The notes beneath the pieces are model-generated. The model was not told the origin of the DNA. It worked only from the letters and a program-made list of their open reading frames with translations, and did no database searches. Positions 48,676 to 60,539 of a stretch of 64,000 nucleotides of DNA are shown here, one piece after another (position 1 is the first letter of the stretch; every line of letters begins with the position of its first letter). Origin of the DNA: Mobula hypostoma. Taxonomy: Eukaryota. The stretch is from contig NC_086107.1 in NCBI RefSeq assembly GCF_963921235.1, forward strand, positions 113,648,001 through 113,712,000, given 5' to 3'. Position numbers and translations under genes: made by a program.

Positions 48676-49673
48676 CATTGGTTGTGGGAATGTTTCAATG
48701 ATGGGGTGCTGAGGTCATTGGTTGTGGGAACGTTTCAATGATGGGGTGCTGAGGTCATTGGCTGTGGGAATGTTTCAATGACGGGGTGCTGAGGTCATTG
48801 GCTGTGGGAATGTTTCAACGACGGGGTGCTGAGGTCATTGGCTGTGGGAACGTTTCAATGATGGGGTGCTGAGGTCATTGGCTGTGGGAATGTTTCAATG
48901 ACGGGGTGCTGAGGTCATTGGCTGTGGGAATGTTTCAACGACGGGGTGCTGAGGTCATTGGCTGTGGGAATGTTTCAACGACGGGGTGCTGAGGTCATTG
49001 GCTGTGGGAATGTTTCAACGACGGGGTGCTGAGGTCATTGGCTGTGGGAATGTTTCAACGACGGGGTGCTGAGGTCATTGGCTGTGGGAACGTTTCAATG
49101 ATGGGGTGCTGAGGTCATTGGCTGTGGGAACGTTTCAATGATGGGGTGCTGAGGTCATTGGCTGTGGGAATGTTTCAACGATGGGGTGCTGAGGTCATTG
49201 GCTGTGGGAACGTTTCAATGATGGGGTGCTGAGGTCATTGGCTGTGGGAATGTTTCAACGATGGGGTGCTGAGGTCATTGGCTGTGGGAACGTTTCAATG
49301 ATGGGGTGCTGAGGTCATTGGCTGTGGGAACGTTTCAATGATGGGGTGCTGAGGTCATTGGCTGTGGGAATGTTTCAACGATGGGGTGCTGAGGTCATTG
49401 GCTGTGGGAACGTTTCAATGATGGGGTGCTGAGGTCATTGGCTGTGGGAACGTTTCAATGATGGGGTGCTGAGGTCATTGGCTGTGGGAATGTTTCAATG
49501 ACGGGGTGCTGAGGTCATTGGCTGTGGGAATGTTTCAATGATGGGGTGCTGAGGTCATTGGCTGTGGGAACGTTTCAATGACGGGGTGCTGAGGTCATTG
49601 GCTGTGGGAATGTTTCAACGACGGGGTGCTGAGGTCATTGGCTGTGGGAACGTTTCAATGATGGGGTGCTGAG
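48676..49673. repeat. Minisatellite, 40-bp unit x ~25
   Basis: Unit CATTGGCTGTGGGAA(T/C)GTTTCAA(T/C)GA(T/C)GGGGTGCTGAGGT in head-to-tail tandem with no spacers. Confidence 0.97.
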
Positions 49674-49971
49674 TGAAGAAATTTCTCCCTGCCTGTCTTG
49701 AGCCCTTGACCTTCAGACTCAGTGGCAGCTGCCCGATCACCACTGATTCATGAGACCATGAGACTGGGTCAGGGATAATCCACGTCCAAATTATTTCAAT
49801 ATTTCAGCCCTACCTGGCATGACTGACCTCTCATTTTGAGACTGTGGCCTTTGTTCCTTGACTCTGGAGTCAGGAGAAAGATCAACTCTGCATCTACCCT
49901 GTCAACTCCCAGCAGAATTTTGGCTTTTCAATGAGATCTCTCTTTTCTCCAAGCACAGGATTAATCTCATG

Positions 49972-50528
49972 CAATGAAAAGATCTTTTGCACGCACCCAT
50001 CTGTGTGCTCTTGCAGCTATTTTAACATCTTATTCACTGTAATGTCTTGTTTGCAGGTGTTTAAATGACTTGCATATCCTCCTTCACCCTGGTCTGTGAC
50101 TGGCCAACCATATCTTCACAGAATGGTTGCAATGGTTGCTAAAATATTTTGTGACAGGTTTTGTATTCCCACTAGGTGCGGCAGGTGAAGGGTGTCTGGT
50201 TGTAGCTAATTTGTAATGAGTAGGGTGCACAAGGATTTTGTGCTGTGCAATTTTTTGCTCAGTGACAACAATATGTGTGTACTGACTATTTTCTTCAATA
50301 AAATCATTATAAATAAGCCAGTTCCAAAATCCGCAGACAAATCATCGCAAATTCCACCTTCCACATCAGAAATCAGGAAAGGAAATATGATTGTGTACAA
50401 TTATGAAATATACTTAACATCCCAATGAGGTAGAGGGAGACAAACTTTTGTGCGCAGTTTAAATTCCTTCGTGCGCTAGCAGCAAAAGAAGTGTGCGCGC
50501 ACAGGAGCACAACTTGGAGGGAACATTG
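49972..50528. mobile_element. Possible hAT-type DNA transposon remnant
   Basis: Right end GTGCGCGCACAGGAGCACAACTTGGAGGGAACATTG resembles CAATGTTCCCTC-type TIRs with GCGCAC subterminal motifs. The left end is poorly defined. Confidence 0.3.
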
Positions 50529-50762
50529 TTTGTAGATTATTTCAGAGACAAAAGGCATTCTGCTGATACTGGAAATCTGGAACAGCATGCACAAGACGCT
50601 GAGGGAACTCAGCCGGTCGAGCAGGGAAATGGAAAGTCAACATCTCGGGCTGTCCTCAGGACTGGGAAGGAAATGGGCAGAAACCAGATTAGAAGGTTGG
50701 GGATTGAGAGGGAGGGGGGAAGATCACAGGTTGACAAGGTGGAAAGAGGGAATAATGTGATA

Positions 50763-50955
50763 CCTCCAAGAGGACCACAATCTTGTCGTGGTTTGGAGGC
50801 TTGCCTTCCTCAGTGACCCGGAGGGTTATGTTGGCCAGAGTCGGAGCTTTACACTTAGACTCTAGGTAGACTCACACTTGCCAAACAGGTCACAGGGCCG
50901 AGGCCAGACTAAGAGTGACCGACTGACCCTCCAGTTTCTGGGGTTCTGACACACT
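50763..50955 (+). mobile_element. RTE-derived non-autonomous element, 5' part
   Basis: Starts CCTCCAAGAGGACCACAATCTTGTCGTGGTTTGGAGGCTTGC, the same head as 59697, 63702(-) and 38499(-). Confidence 0.65.
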
Positions 50956-51444
50956 GACCTCTGATAGCACTATGCTAACCACTATACTACTGTGGCAGTT
51001 AGAGGGCTCCTGACATCAAAGAAGGTTGGAGACGAGCCCATGATCAACTCCATTTGTCACCGATCCCACTGAGGATTGAAATCAATGAGGTCGCGAGCAG
51101 AAGGCGAGCAGGTGTTCAGTGCCATCGGCCTCCCTGTGACTGATACCTCCCTCTCTCGCTCCTTTTCTCTCTTACCCCTCCACCCTCCACCCTCCCCCTC
51201 CCCCTCCACCCTCTCCCTTTCTCTCTAACCCCCCCTTCCCCCTTCCCCCTTCCTTTCTAACCCCTCCCCTCCTCTCCCTCTCCCTCGTTACTCCCCGAGG
51301 AAAGTTTGATTTGTCTCTCTCTCTCCCCCCCTATCACTTGTTGCTGGAGGACAATGCCAGAGGTTTGGGTCCTGAGCAAGGCGTTGTTGATGCGGTTTGT
51401 GGATTGGACTCTGTAGTTCACGTTATGATGTGCTTCTGGTTCCT

Positions 51445-51480
51445 GGTCCTGACGAAGGGTCTCGGCCTGAAACGTCGACT
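51445..51480 (+). ncRNA. Minimal type I hammerhead ribozyme (intact fold) heading a Penelope-like pLTR fragment (51445-51580)
   Basis: GGTCCTGACGAAGGGTCTCGGCCTGAAACGTCGACT: stem I GGUC/GACU, predicted cleavage after C51476. Confidence 0.78.
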
Positions 51481-52753
51481 CTACCTCTGCCTAGAGATGC
51501 TGCCTGGCCTTCTGCATTCACCAGCAACTTTGATATGTGTTGCTTGAATTTCCAGCATCTGCTGATTTCCTTGTGTTTGCCTTTGTTTTTGTTGCTGCTT
51601 GGTGCAATTTTGATCGGAGCGGGACCGGCTCTGCGGTAACACAATCCTGGACCGAACTGAGCTGAGCTGGAACTGAACATTCCTGGACCGTTGAGCTGGC
51701 ACTGGCGAAGGTCCGGAGGGGGGTTCATGAGAATGATTCCCGTACTTAAAGGGTTGTTTGCTGACTCCGGGCCTGTATTGCCGGAGTTCAGCAGAATGAG
51801 GAGGAGACCTCCCTGAAACCTACCAAATGTTAAACGCCTTATTAAAGAATATAAAGTGGTCATGCAGAGGATGTCTCAGATCAGAGCACAGCCTCATTTA
51901 GAAGGACATCACTTTCGAACAGAAATGATGGGGCATTTCTTCAGCGAGAGGATAGTGGAATTCATTGCTACAGACGGCTGAGGAGGCCAAGTCTTTGGAA
52001 ATATTTAAAACAGGCTGAGAGGGAAAATAAGTCAACCATGATGGAATGGTGGAGCACTCTCAGTGGGCCAAATAGTTTAAGTCTTCTCCTTCATCTTATG
52101 ATTCTGTGGTCGCTTTTATACCTGGAAGTCACTGTGACTGATGGGCCCGCTGACAAGTCTCCAGGAGGATGAGGTTCTGAGTTTCCTGGGGAGGAAACAG
52201 CATTGTACAGGGAGCGGTCTGATAACCTCGACCAGTACAGACAGTTCCTGGCGTGTCAGCCTTTTTACAGTAAAAAAAAATACTCAGCAGACCAACTGAA
52301 CAGAACAGAAGCCAGTGAATGTTTCCTGAGTGACTCATTGCTGAACTGTCACAGCTGTTGTCAAGAACAATCTGCCTGTAATGTAAGCAGAGTGTCAACA
52401 TAGCTCGGCCCCAATGTTGAGCTCTGCTCTGCAGCTGAGCTTTAGAACGGGGGGCTGGCATCTCAGTGAAACCTGCTGAATATTGAAAGACCTAAACGGA
52501 GTGGACCTAGAGAGCATGTTACCTTTAGTGGGGGAGTCTAGGACCAGCCTCAGAAGAGAAGCACATTCCTTTAAAACAGAGATGAGGAGGAATTTCTTTA
52601 GCCAGACGGTGGTGAATCTGTGGAATTCAGGAATCAGAATCAGCTTTAATACCACCGGCATATGTCGTAGAATTTGTTAACTTTGCGGCAGCAGTACAAT
52701 GCAATATATTTAATAAGGAAGAAAAAATGTGAATTACTGTAAGTATATAGTTA

Positions 52754-52980
52754 GGCCGGCTGGTGGCGTAGTGGCATCAGCGCTGGACTTCGGAGCGAAG
52801 GCTCCAGAGTTCGAATCCAGCCGGCTCCCGTGCACACTTTCCATCCATGCTGGGTTGAGCATCGAGCTAGCAACTCAACCTCATTAAAAATAAGAAAGCA
52901 TGCTAAAAAAACACCATCATGACGGTGTCCCAGTGACTCCACTCAGAGTTAAGGGCTGAAGAAGAAGAAGAAGAGGGGTA
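52754..52980 (+). mobile_element. tRNA-derived SINE, full length
   Basis: A box TGGCGTAGTGG, B box GAGTTCGAATCC, (GAA)n tail, TSD TATATAGTTA (52744-52753 / 52981-52990). Confidence 0.8.
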
Positions 52981-54179
52981 TATATAGTTACATTAAATAA
53001 GTGATGCAAAAATAGAAAAAAGAGTTCAATGTCCATTCAGAAATCAGATGGCAGAGGGGAAGGAGCTGTTCCTGAATCACAGAGTGTGTGTCTTCAGGCC
53101 CCTGTACCTCTTCCGTGATGGTAGCAACGAGAACAAGGCAAGTTCTGGGTGCTGAGAGTCCTTAACGATGGTTGTCACTTTTTTGAGGCATCGTTCCTGG
53201 AAGATGTCCTGGATACTATAGAGGCTGGAGCCCAGGATGGAGCTGACTAAGTTTACAACTCTCTGCAGCTTGCTTCAATCCTGTGCCATAGCCCCCCACC
53301 GCCCCATACCTGATGATGATGCAGCCAGTTAGAATGCTCTCCACGGTACACCTGTCGAAGAGTCTTTGGTCACAGATGCCACAGACGTTGATAGATTCTT
53401 GATTAGCAAGGAAATCAAAGGCTAAGGGGAGAAGGCAGGAGGATAGGGTTGAGAGGAATAATAAATCAGACAGGATGGAATGGCGGTACAGACTCGATGG
53501 GCTGAATGGACTAAATCTTTTCCTATACCTTCTGAACATTATGGTCGAAGTTCCACAATGGGAAATACTACTTTCCTACAACCTTCAGGTTCTTGATCCT
53601 ACACAACTGGACCCCTACCTCCATAACTGAACTCTACCGACGGCCCCGTACACCTACCATAGACTTCTCTCTGATCACTTCTTTGCTTTCACACTGACGT
53701 CTTGTCTGGTACAATCATTTTGCTCGTCACTGCCTTGTGTAATTTATAATCTGTGTCTTATCTGCACAAACGTACTGTGATCCTGCTTCAAACAAGTTGC
53801 TCACCGTACCTGGGCACGTGACAATCAACTCGGACTTGACTTTGACTGCCCCTCCTCAGGTAGAGAATAGAGCGAAGAAATTTCCCCTGCATCTCTGCCA
53901 CGGTAGCGTAGCTGGTGGCGTGACGCTATTGCAGCGCAGGGGCTCGGAGTCGGAGCTCGGTCCCGGTGAATCCCTATGCCTCCCCCATGGAATATGTGGA
54001 GTTCCTCTGGACGCTCCAGTTCCCTCCCGCAGTCCAAAGGCGTACCAGTTCGTAGCTTAATTGGTTGTTGTAAATAGTGTTAAATTGGGGTTGTTGGGAT
54101 GCTGCTCAAAGGCCCATCTCGAAAGATAAATAAACAGCCTGATCCTCTCATTCTCAAACTGTGACCCCTTTCCCTAGAC

Positions 54180-54805
54180 CATAGTCATAGTCATACTTTA
54201 TTGATCTCGGGGGAAATTGGTTTTCATTACAGTTGCACCATAAATAATAAATGGTAATAAAACCATAAATAGTTAAATAGTAATATGTAAATTATGCCAG
54301 TAAATTATGAAATAAGTCCAGGACCAGCCTATTGGCTCAGGGTGTCTGACCCTCCAAGGGAGGAGTTGTAAAGTTTGATGGCCACAGGCAGGAATGACTT
54401 CCTATGACGCTCTGTGCTGCATCTCGGTGGAATGAGTCTCTGGCTGAATGTACTCCTGTGCCCACCCTGTACATTATGTAGTGGATGGGAGACATTGTCC
54501 AAGATGGCATGCAACTTGGACAGCATCCTCTTTTCAGACACCACCGTCAGAGAGTCCAGTTCCATCCCCACAACATCACTGGCCTTACGAATGAGTTTGT
54601 TGATTCTGTTGGTGTCTGCTACCCTCAGCCTGCTGCCCCAGCACACAACAGCAAACATGATCGCACTGGCCACCACAGACTCATAGAACATCCTCAGCAT
54701 CGTCCGGCAGATGTTAAAGGACCTCAGTCTCCTCAGGAAGAAGGCTCTGACCCTTCTTGTAGACAGCCTCAGTGTTCTTTGACCAGTCCAGTTTATTGTC
54801 AATTT
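54180..54805 (-). mobile_element. Rex1/Babar-like LINE 3' end
   Basis: ORF 54329-54838(-) FFLRRLRSFNICRTMLRMFYESVVASAIMF... with an (ATGACT)n tail. Confidence 0.8.
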
Positions 54806-55061
54806 ACTGACCACACTCAAGGGAAGCCAGCATATCAAGTGCTTATACCGGCTTCATCAAGATCTCTAACACCCACCACGCCTTGAACACCTACCTACAG
54901 GAAAGGTGTCAATAAGATTGAAAGAGTACAGAGAAAACTTCCAAGGACTTTGCCAGGACCCAAGTTACAGGGAAAGGTTGAATTGGTTTGGACTTTATTC
55001 CCTGAAGCATAGAAGATTGAGGGGAGATTTGATAGAGGTATACAAAATTATGAGGGGTATA

Positions 55062-55324
55062 TGAAAGGTATGTCACATCCAGAATTTTCTGGTTAGCAGG
55101 CAATTTCCTTCCACGCTGCTCTGATGTATTGGGAAATCATGCTCAAGGCAAGTTACAGCAGTAGTTTTCCATTGCCTTCTGCCAGGTGAGTTGTTTTTTT
55201 TAAAAAGAGATCACCAGCTCTTAACCCTGCACCGATGGAGAGCGTGCAAGGGTGCTGGCTGGAATCGAACTCGGGACCCCTCGCCCGAAGTCCAGCACTG
55301 ATGCCACTACACCACCAGCCGGCC
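55062..55324 (-). mobile_element. tRNA-derived SINE inserted in a CR1 fragment (54880-55570)
   Basis: Minus strand GGCCGGCTGGTGGTGTAGTGG...GAGTTCGATTCC. TSD ATGAGGGG(G)TATA (55050-55061 / 55325-55337). Confidence 0.75.
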
Positions 55325-56499
55325 ATGAGGGGGTATAGGTAGGGTAAATGCAGGCAGGCTTTTTTCCACTGAGGGTGAGTGGGAGGTCATGGGTTAAGGA
55401 TGGAAGGTGAAATGTTGAAGGGGACCATGAAGTGGAATTAGGTCAGTCAGAGGGTCATTATGGAGGGTTGTGGTCCCAGTGCAGGTCAATAGGATTGGGC
55501 AGATCAGCAGTTTAACACAGGCTAGATGGGCTGAATGCCCCGTTTCAGTGCTGGAGTGCATTATGACTCTAAAACCCAGTGAGTCAACTCCACCTGGCCT
55601 GGCTCATCTCCAAAAACCAGTTCAGAAATTTCACTTTCTTTGCAAGGCAAGTAACTTACTCATCAAGTAAGTCCTCCTGAGTATCAGATTCAGCTTTAAT
55701 ATCACGGGCATATGTTGTGAATTCTCTTGTTATGAAGCAGCAGCCATTGCAATAGACAATAATAAAATCTGTAAATTACGGTCAGCAGTGTGTGCATATA
55801 TATATATATATATATATACATATCCTATACTTATTGTAATTTGCAGATTTTATTGACTTGCACTATTACATAATTTAACTTTATATACAAAAACTTTAAA
55901 AAGTTAAGTAGGTAGTGCAGGTCAATGGGTCAAGACAGATTAATAGTTTGGTATAGACTAGATGGGCCGAAGGACCTGGTTCTGTGCCATAGTGTTCTAT
56001 GACTCTAAGAATCTAGAAAATAAATTCACGTCCTGGTTTGGTGGTAGAGGCAAACACATTTGAGGCTTTTAAGAGACGTCTAGATAGGCACATGAATGTG
56101 AGGAAGATGGAGGGATATGGGCATTATGGAGGTAGGAGGGATAAGTTCTGGGGTTTTTAAATTTACTTTTTAGCTGGTCAGCATAGCATTGAGGGCCGAA
56201 GGGCTTGTTCCTGTGTGGTACTGTTCTATGTTCAATGTAAGACTCATCTTCTCAATCTCTCCTTATACAGCAAATCATTGTTCCTGGAAGAGCTTTGAGG
56301 ACTCTGATCTTTTTTTGTACTGAAAGCCATATAAGGAGTGGGAAAACAAAAGCCCGTTTCAGATGCTAGTCTTTATCTAGCACAGCGTTTCAACACGGAG
56401 GCTTATCTCTCAGCCACCCAACTGAAATGTCTCCCCAGCAGATGATGTGAAGTTATAAACCGAGGACATCATGGACACTGGGGGCAGGGCACAGGGAAG

Positions 56500-57320
56500 C
56501 TCGCAAAGCCAGCAGCAGGATCTGAACCAGCTGGAAAAATGGGAGGTGGAATGCGAAGCAGACAAGAGCGAGGTTTTGCACTTTGACAGGACAAACACAG
56601 AGAACAGTAGGACACTGGGGGATGTGGTGGGACAGAGGGATCTGCGAATACAGATCCATAATTCCATGAAAGCAGTGTCACAGATACACAGGCTCATGAA
56701 GAGAGACTTGGGCACTTTGGCCTTAATGAGTCAGAGTATTGGGTACAGGGATTGAGACGTTGAGTTGACAGTTTGTCAGATGTTCATGAGGCCAAATTGG
56801 AGAACGTGTGCAGTTCTGGGCACCTACCTAAAGTAACAATACCAATAAGATTGAAAAGCACAGAGAAGATCTACAAGGATGCTACCGGGACTTGAGGACC
56901 TGAGATATAGGAAAGGGTTAAATAGGTTAGGATTACTTTCCCTTGAGTGCAGGAGAACGAGGGCAGATTTGATAGGAGTATACAAAATATAGATAGCGTA
57001 AGGCTTTTTCCACTGAAGCTGGGTGAGATTACAACTAGAAGCCATGGGCTAAGGGTGAAAGGTGAAATAGATAAGGAGAACATGAGAGTGGAGCTCCCTC
57101 ACACTGGACAGTGGTGCGAGTGACGAACGAGCTGACGGCAGAAGTGGTGGCTGTGGGTTCGATTGCAACACTTAAGAGAAGTCTAGATAAGTAATTGGAT
57201 GGGTGGGGTGCGGACGGCTATGCTCCAAGTGTGGGTTGGTGGAACTCATCAGAACAATAGTGTGGAGTAGATGGGCTGAAGGGCCTGCTTCTGTAATGTA
57301 GTGCTCCGTGACTCTGTGAC
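56500..57320 (+). mobile_element. Decayed CR1 LINE 3' region
   Basis: Encodes QQDLNQLEKWEVECEADKSEVLHFDRTN..QRDLRIQIHNSMKAVSQ, followed by the CR1 3'UTR ATGGGCTGAAGGGCCTG. Confidence 0.7.
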
Positions 57321-57411
57321 TCCAAACTGAAAGCTGCTCAGAAGGACTGTGCATAGACTTGCTGCAAACTCTCTCAGAGGAACAAAGTACCAACTCGCAC
57401 TGTAAACAACT

Positions 57412-57511
57412 CCTGCCCCAGTGGCAATGGACACAATCCCACTGTAGACCCCTGCCCAGGGACAATGGACACAATCCCACTTTAGACCCCTGCCCAGGGA
57501 CAATGGACACA
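57412..57511. repeat. Short tandem repeat, 38-bp unit x ~2.6
   Basis: CAATGGACAC recurs at 57425, 57463 and 57501. Confidence 0.85.
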
Positions 57512-59162
57512 GTTTCACTGTACATCTCACAAGTCCTGGTTATGCGACCACTGACGCCAGGCAGACAATCTCTGAAAGAGAATTGATAATAGCTGGGGTC
57601 GCCTGTCTTGTAAAGACGCTGCCCAGAAGAAGACAATGGCAAACCACTCTGAGCCCTATCAGAGGGTCTTGACCCGAAACGTCGACTGTACTCTTTTCCA
57701 TAGGTGCTGCCCGGCCTGCTGAGTTCCTCCAGCATTTTTTGTGTGTGTTGCTTGGATTTCCAGCATCTGCAGATTTTCTCTGTAGAAACATTTGCCAAGA
57801 ACAATCACGTTCATGGAAGGACCATGATTGTCCACGTCATATGACACAGCGCATAATGATGATGTCATACGACAAGCCACATACTGATGATGATGCTTAC
57901 TGTAATTTATAGTTTTTGTTATCGGGTATTTCAGTGTACTGCTGCTACATAACAACAAATTTCAGGGCATGTGCCGGTGATATTAAACCTGATTCTGATT
58001 GTTAGCGAGATGCCATGTTGAGACTAACAGCAAGCTGTGTGGCCCAATTGCATCCTATGTGACCAATTAACGCACTAACCTGTGCTTGTTTGTAATGTGT
58101 GAGGAAACTGGAGCACCCGGAGGAACGTCACGCCCTCTCCGGGTAAACGTACAAACCCCTTACAGTCAGTGGCGGAATTGAAACCGGGTCGCCGGGGCAG
58201 TAATGGCTGTACGTGAGCCGCGAAGCTACTGGGCGGTGGTTGTGGTCCATTGTGGGCCACATCACAGGAACCAGCCTCCCCACCGTGGATTCTGCCCGTA
58301 CTTCTCGTTGTCTCAGTAAAGAGGACAGTACAGTCAAAGACGCCCTCCCCCCCCCCATCACACCAGACATTCTCTCCTCTTACCCTCTCACACTCCACCT
58401 GGCTCAAAGATAGCTTCTGCCCTGCTGTAGAAAATGCTCCCGAGTATGGCAAATTAGTCTCTTGATCTCATAATCTACCTCGTTGTGATCTTGCACTTCA
58501 CTGTTCCCCTGTACTGCACTTTCCCTGTAGCGTTACACTCTATTCTGCATTGATACTGTTTTACCCTGTTCTCTCTCAGTGTGCTGTGTGATGATCTGAC
58601 CCGTGCGAACAGTTTGCAAGACCAGCTTTTCACCGGATCAGAATCAGGTTTACGTTGTGAAATTTGTTGTTATGAGGCACCAGTACATTACAAAACATAT
58701 TAATAAAAACTGTCAGTAACAGTGAGATGCATATACGTATAAACATTAAAAAGTTAAATTAAATAATTAGCGCAAAAAAAGTAGTGAGGTAGTGTCCAAA
58801 GAGTTAATGTCCGTTTGGGAACCTGATGGCGGAGGGGAAGAAGCTGTTCCTGAATCGCTGAGTGTGGGCCTTCCTCCTCTTCCTCCTCTGACGGTAGCAA
58901 TGAGAAGAGGGCGTGTCCTGGATGACAGGGTCCTTAGCGATGGACGCTGCCTTTCTGAGGCATCGCTCCTCGAAGATGTCCTGGATGCTGCGGAGGCTGG
59001 TGCCCATGGTGGAGCTGACAGAGTTTATAAATTTCTGCAGCTTATTTCGATCCTGTGTGGTGCCCCTCACACCAACAGCGATGCAGCCAGTTAGAATGCT
59101 CTCCACAGTACTTGTATCTCCAGACATGTGAGAATAATAAACCAATTCCAATAACAAAGCTG

Positions 59163-59395
59163 GGCCTCCTGTCCCATGATCCTCTCATATCCCCTTTACC
59201 AATCACCTGTCCAGCTCTTGGCTCCATCCCTCCCCCTCCTGTCTTCTCCCCCTCCCCCTCCCACTTTCAAATCTCTTACTAGCTCTTCCTTCAGTTAGTC
59301 CTGACGAAGGGTCTCGGCCCGAAACGTCGACTGTACCTCTTCCCAGAGATGCTGCCTGGCCTGTTGCATTCACCAGCAACTTTGATGTGTGTTGC
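59163..59395 (+). mobile_element. Penelope-like pLTR insertion
   Basis: TSD TCCAATAACAA(A/T)GCTG (59147-59162 / 59396-59411). Confidence 0.8.
59297..59332 (+). ncRNA. Minimal type I hammerhead ribozyme (intact fold)
   Basis: AGTCCTGACGAAGGGTCTCGGCCCGAAACGTCGACT: stem II GGG/CCC, predicted cleavage after C59328. Confidence 0.8.
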
Positions 59396-59696
59396 TCCAA
59401 TAACAATGCTGCCAGATTTAGGGAATTTCATGGGGATGGTCCTGCTGGCTCCACCTTGGTCCAGAGGAACTTTGTTTCATTTGGTGGTGTACAAGTGTAT
59501 AGCTGACTGACAACAAACTAGAACTGGAACGTACTCCTTGATTCGAAACTCTACAGGAAGTCAGTCATCAACGCACTAATACAACTGGAACATGAGTAAG
59601 TGACTCAGCCCTTCGTATCTGCTCCACCATCCAGTTTCAGAATCAGAATCAGGTTTATTATCACTGAAATTTGTTGTTCATAACAGTCTAGTGCAA

Positions 59697-60105
59697 TCTC
59701 CAGGGGACCACAACCCTTTCGTTTGGTTTGGAGGCTTGCATGTCTCATTGTCCCACAGAGCGATGTTGGTTGGAGTCGGGGCTTTACGCTTTGGCTCTTG
59801 GTGGGGTCACCGATGCCAAACAGGTCAAAGGGTAGAGGCCAGAATAATAATGGTCCACCAGTCCTCCAGGTTCAAAGATTGGGCTCAGGGCTAACTGATG
59901 GGACAAACAAAACTGTTACAGAATAAGCAATGAAGAGTTCTTCTACATCTGAGTGTGATGGTATTCCTGAGTCTCCACCCGGGACTTTCTGACTGACGGT
60001 AGTGAAAACCGAGGAAGCTACTGACACGATGAAGGAAGCCCTGAACACTGCCAGAGACAGAGGACCTTCATTGCTGCCCTAAATGTCAGTGGTGTAACGG
60101 GTAAT
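59697..60105 (+). mobile_element. RTE-derived non-autonomous ~410-bp element
   Basis: RTE-5'UTR-like head joined to an RTE-like 3' end (GCCAGAGACAGAGGACCTTCATTGCTGCCCTA...GTAACGGGTAA). Colinear with 63291-63702(-). Confidence 0.7.
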
Positions 60106-60539
60106 GGAGATAGGGAGTCCAGTGCAAGGCAAAAACAAGCTGAAAAATACTATTAATTGCTCATCTGACCCTGATGTCAGCTTCTGGTAACCCTTCTCCC
60201 CTCACTTGCTAAGGCCTTACCTATACTCAAAGATCACCCACGGCCCTGTGAAGAGGAGAATTCCAATGACACAAATCATCTCACCTCTGTCTAAAGTGGG
60301 CAATCCCTGATATTGGAACAGCACCACTGGTTCACGGTTCTCCCAGCACAGGAAACGTCCTCTTCACATCCGCCTTGCCGAGGCCCTGAGGCCCTCACAC
60401 ATTTCAGTCGTTCCGTCTCTATCTGAATGATCACCTCTATTCGGAATATGCATATTACAGGAATTTTCTGTGGGTGCGTAGGCACAACTTGCAACAAAAA
60501 ACAACAAATATTCCCCCCACCTCCACACTATTCATCACA

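Noticed and set aside
48676..49673. CRISPR-like regular array
   Set aside because: Units are contiguous 40-mers with no unique spacers, there are no cas genes, and the context is eukaryotic. It is a minisatellite.
50057..50157. Exon after the strong acceptor TCTTGTTTGCAG
   Set aside because: Stops occur in all three frames within ~45 nt, and the region may be a DNA-transposon remnant.
57172..57804. 210-aa minus-strand ORF
   Set aside because: It is a chimera of antisense pLTR, a 38-bp tandem repeat and a CR1 3'UTR.
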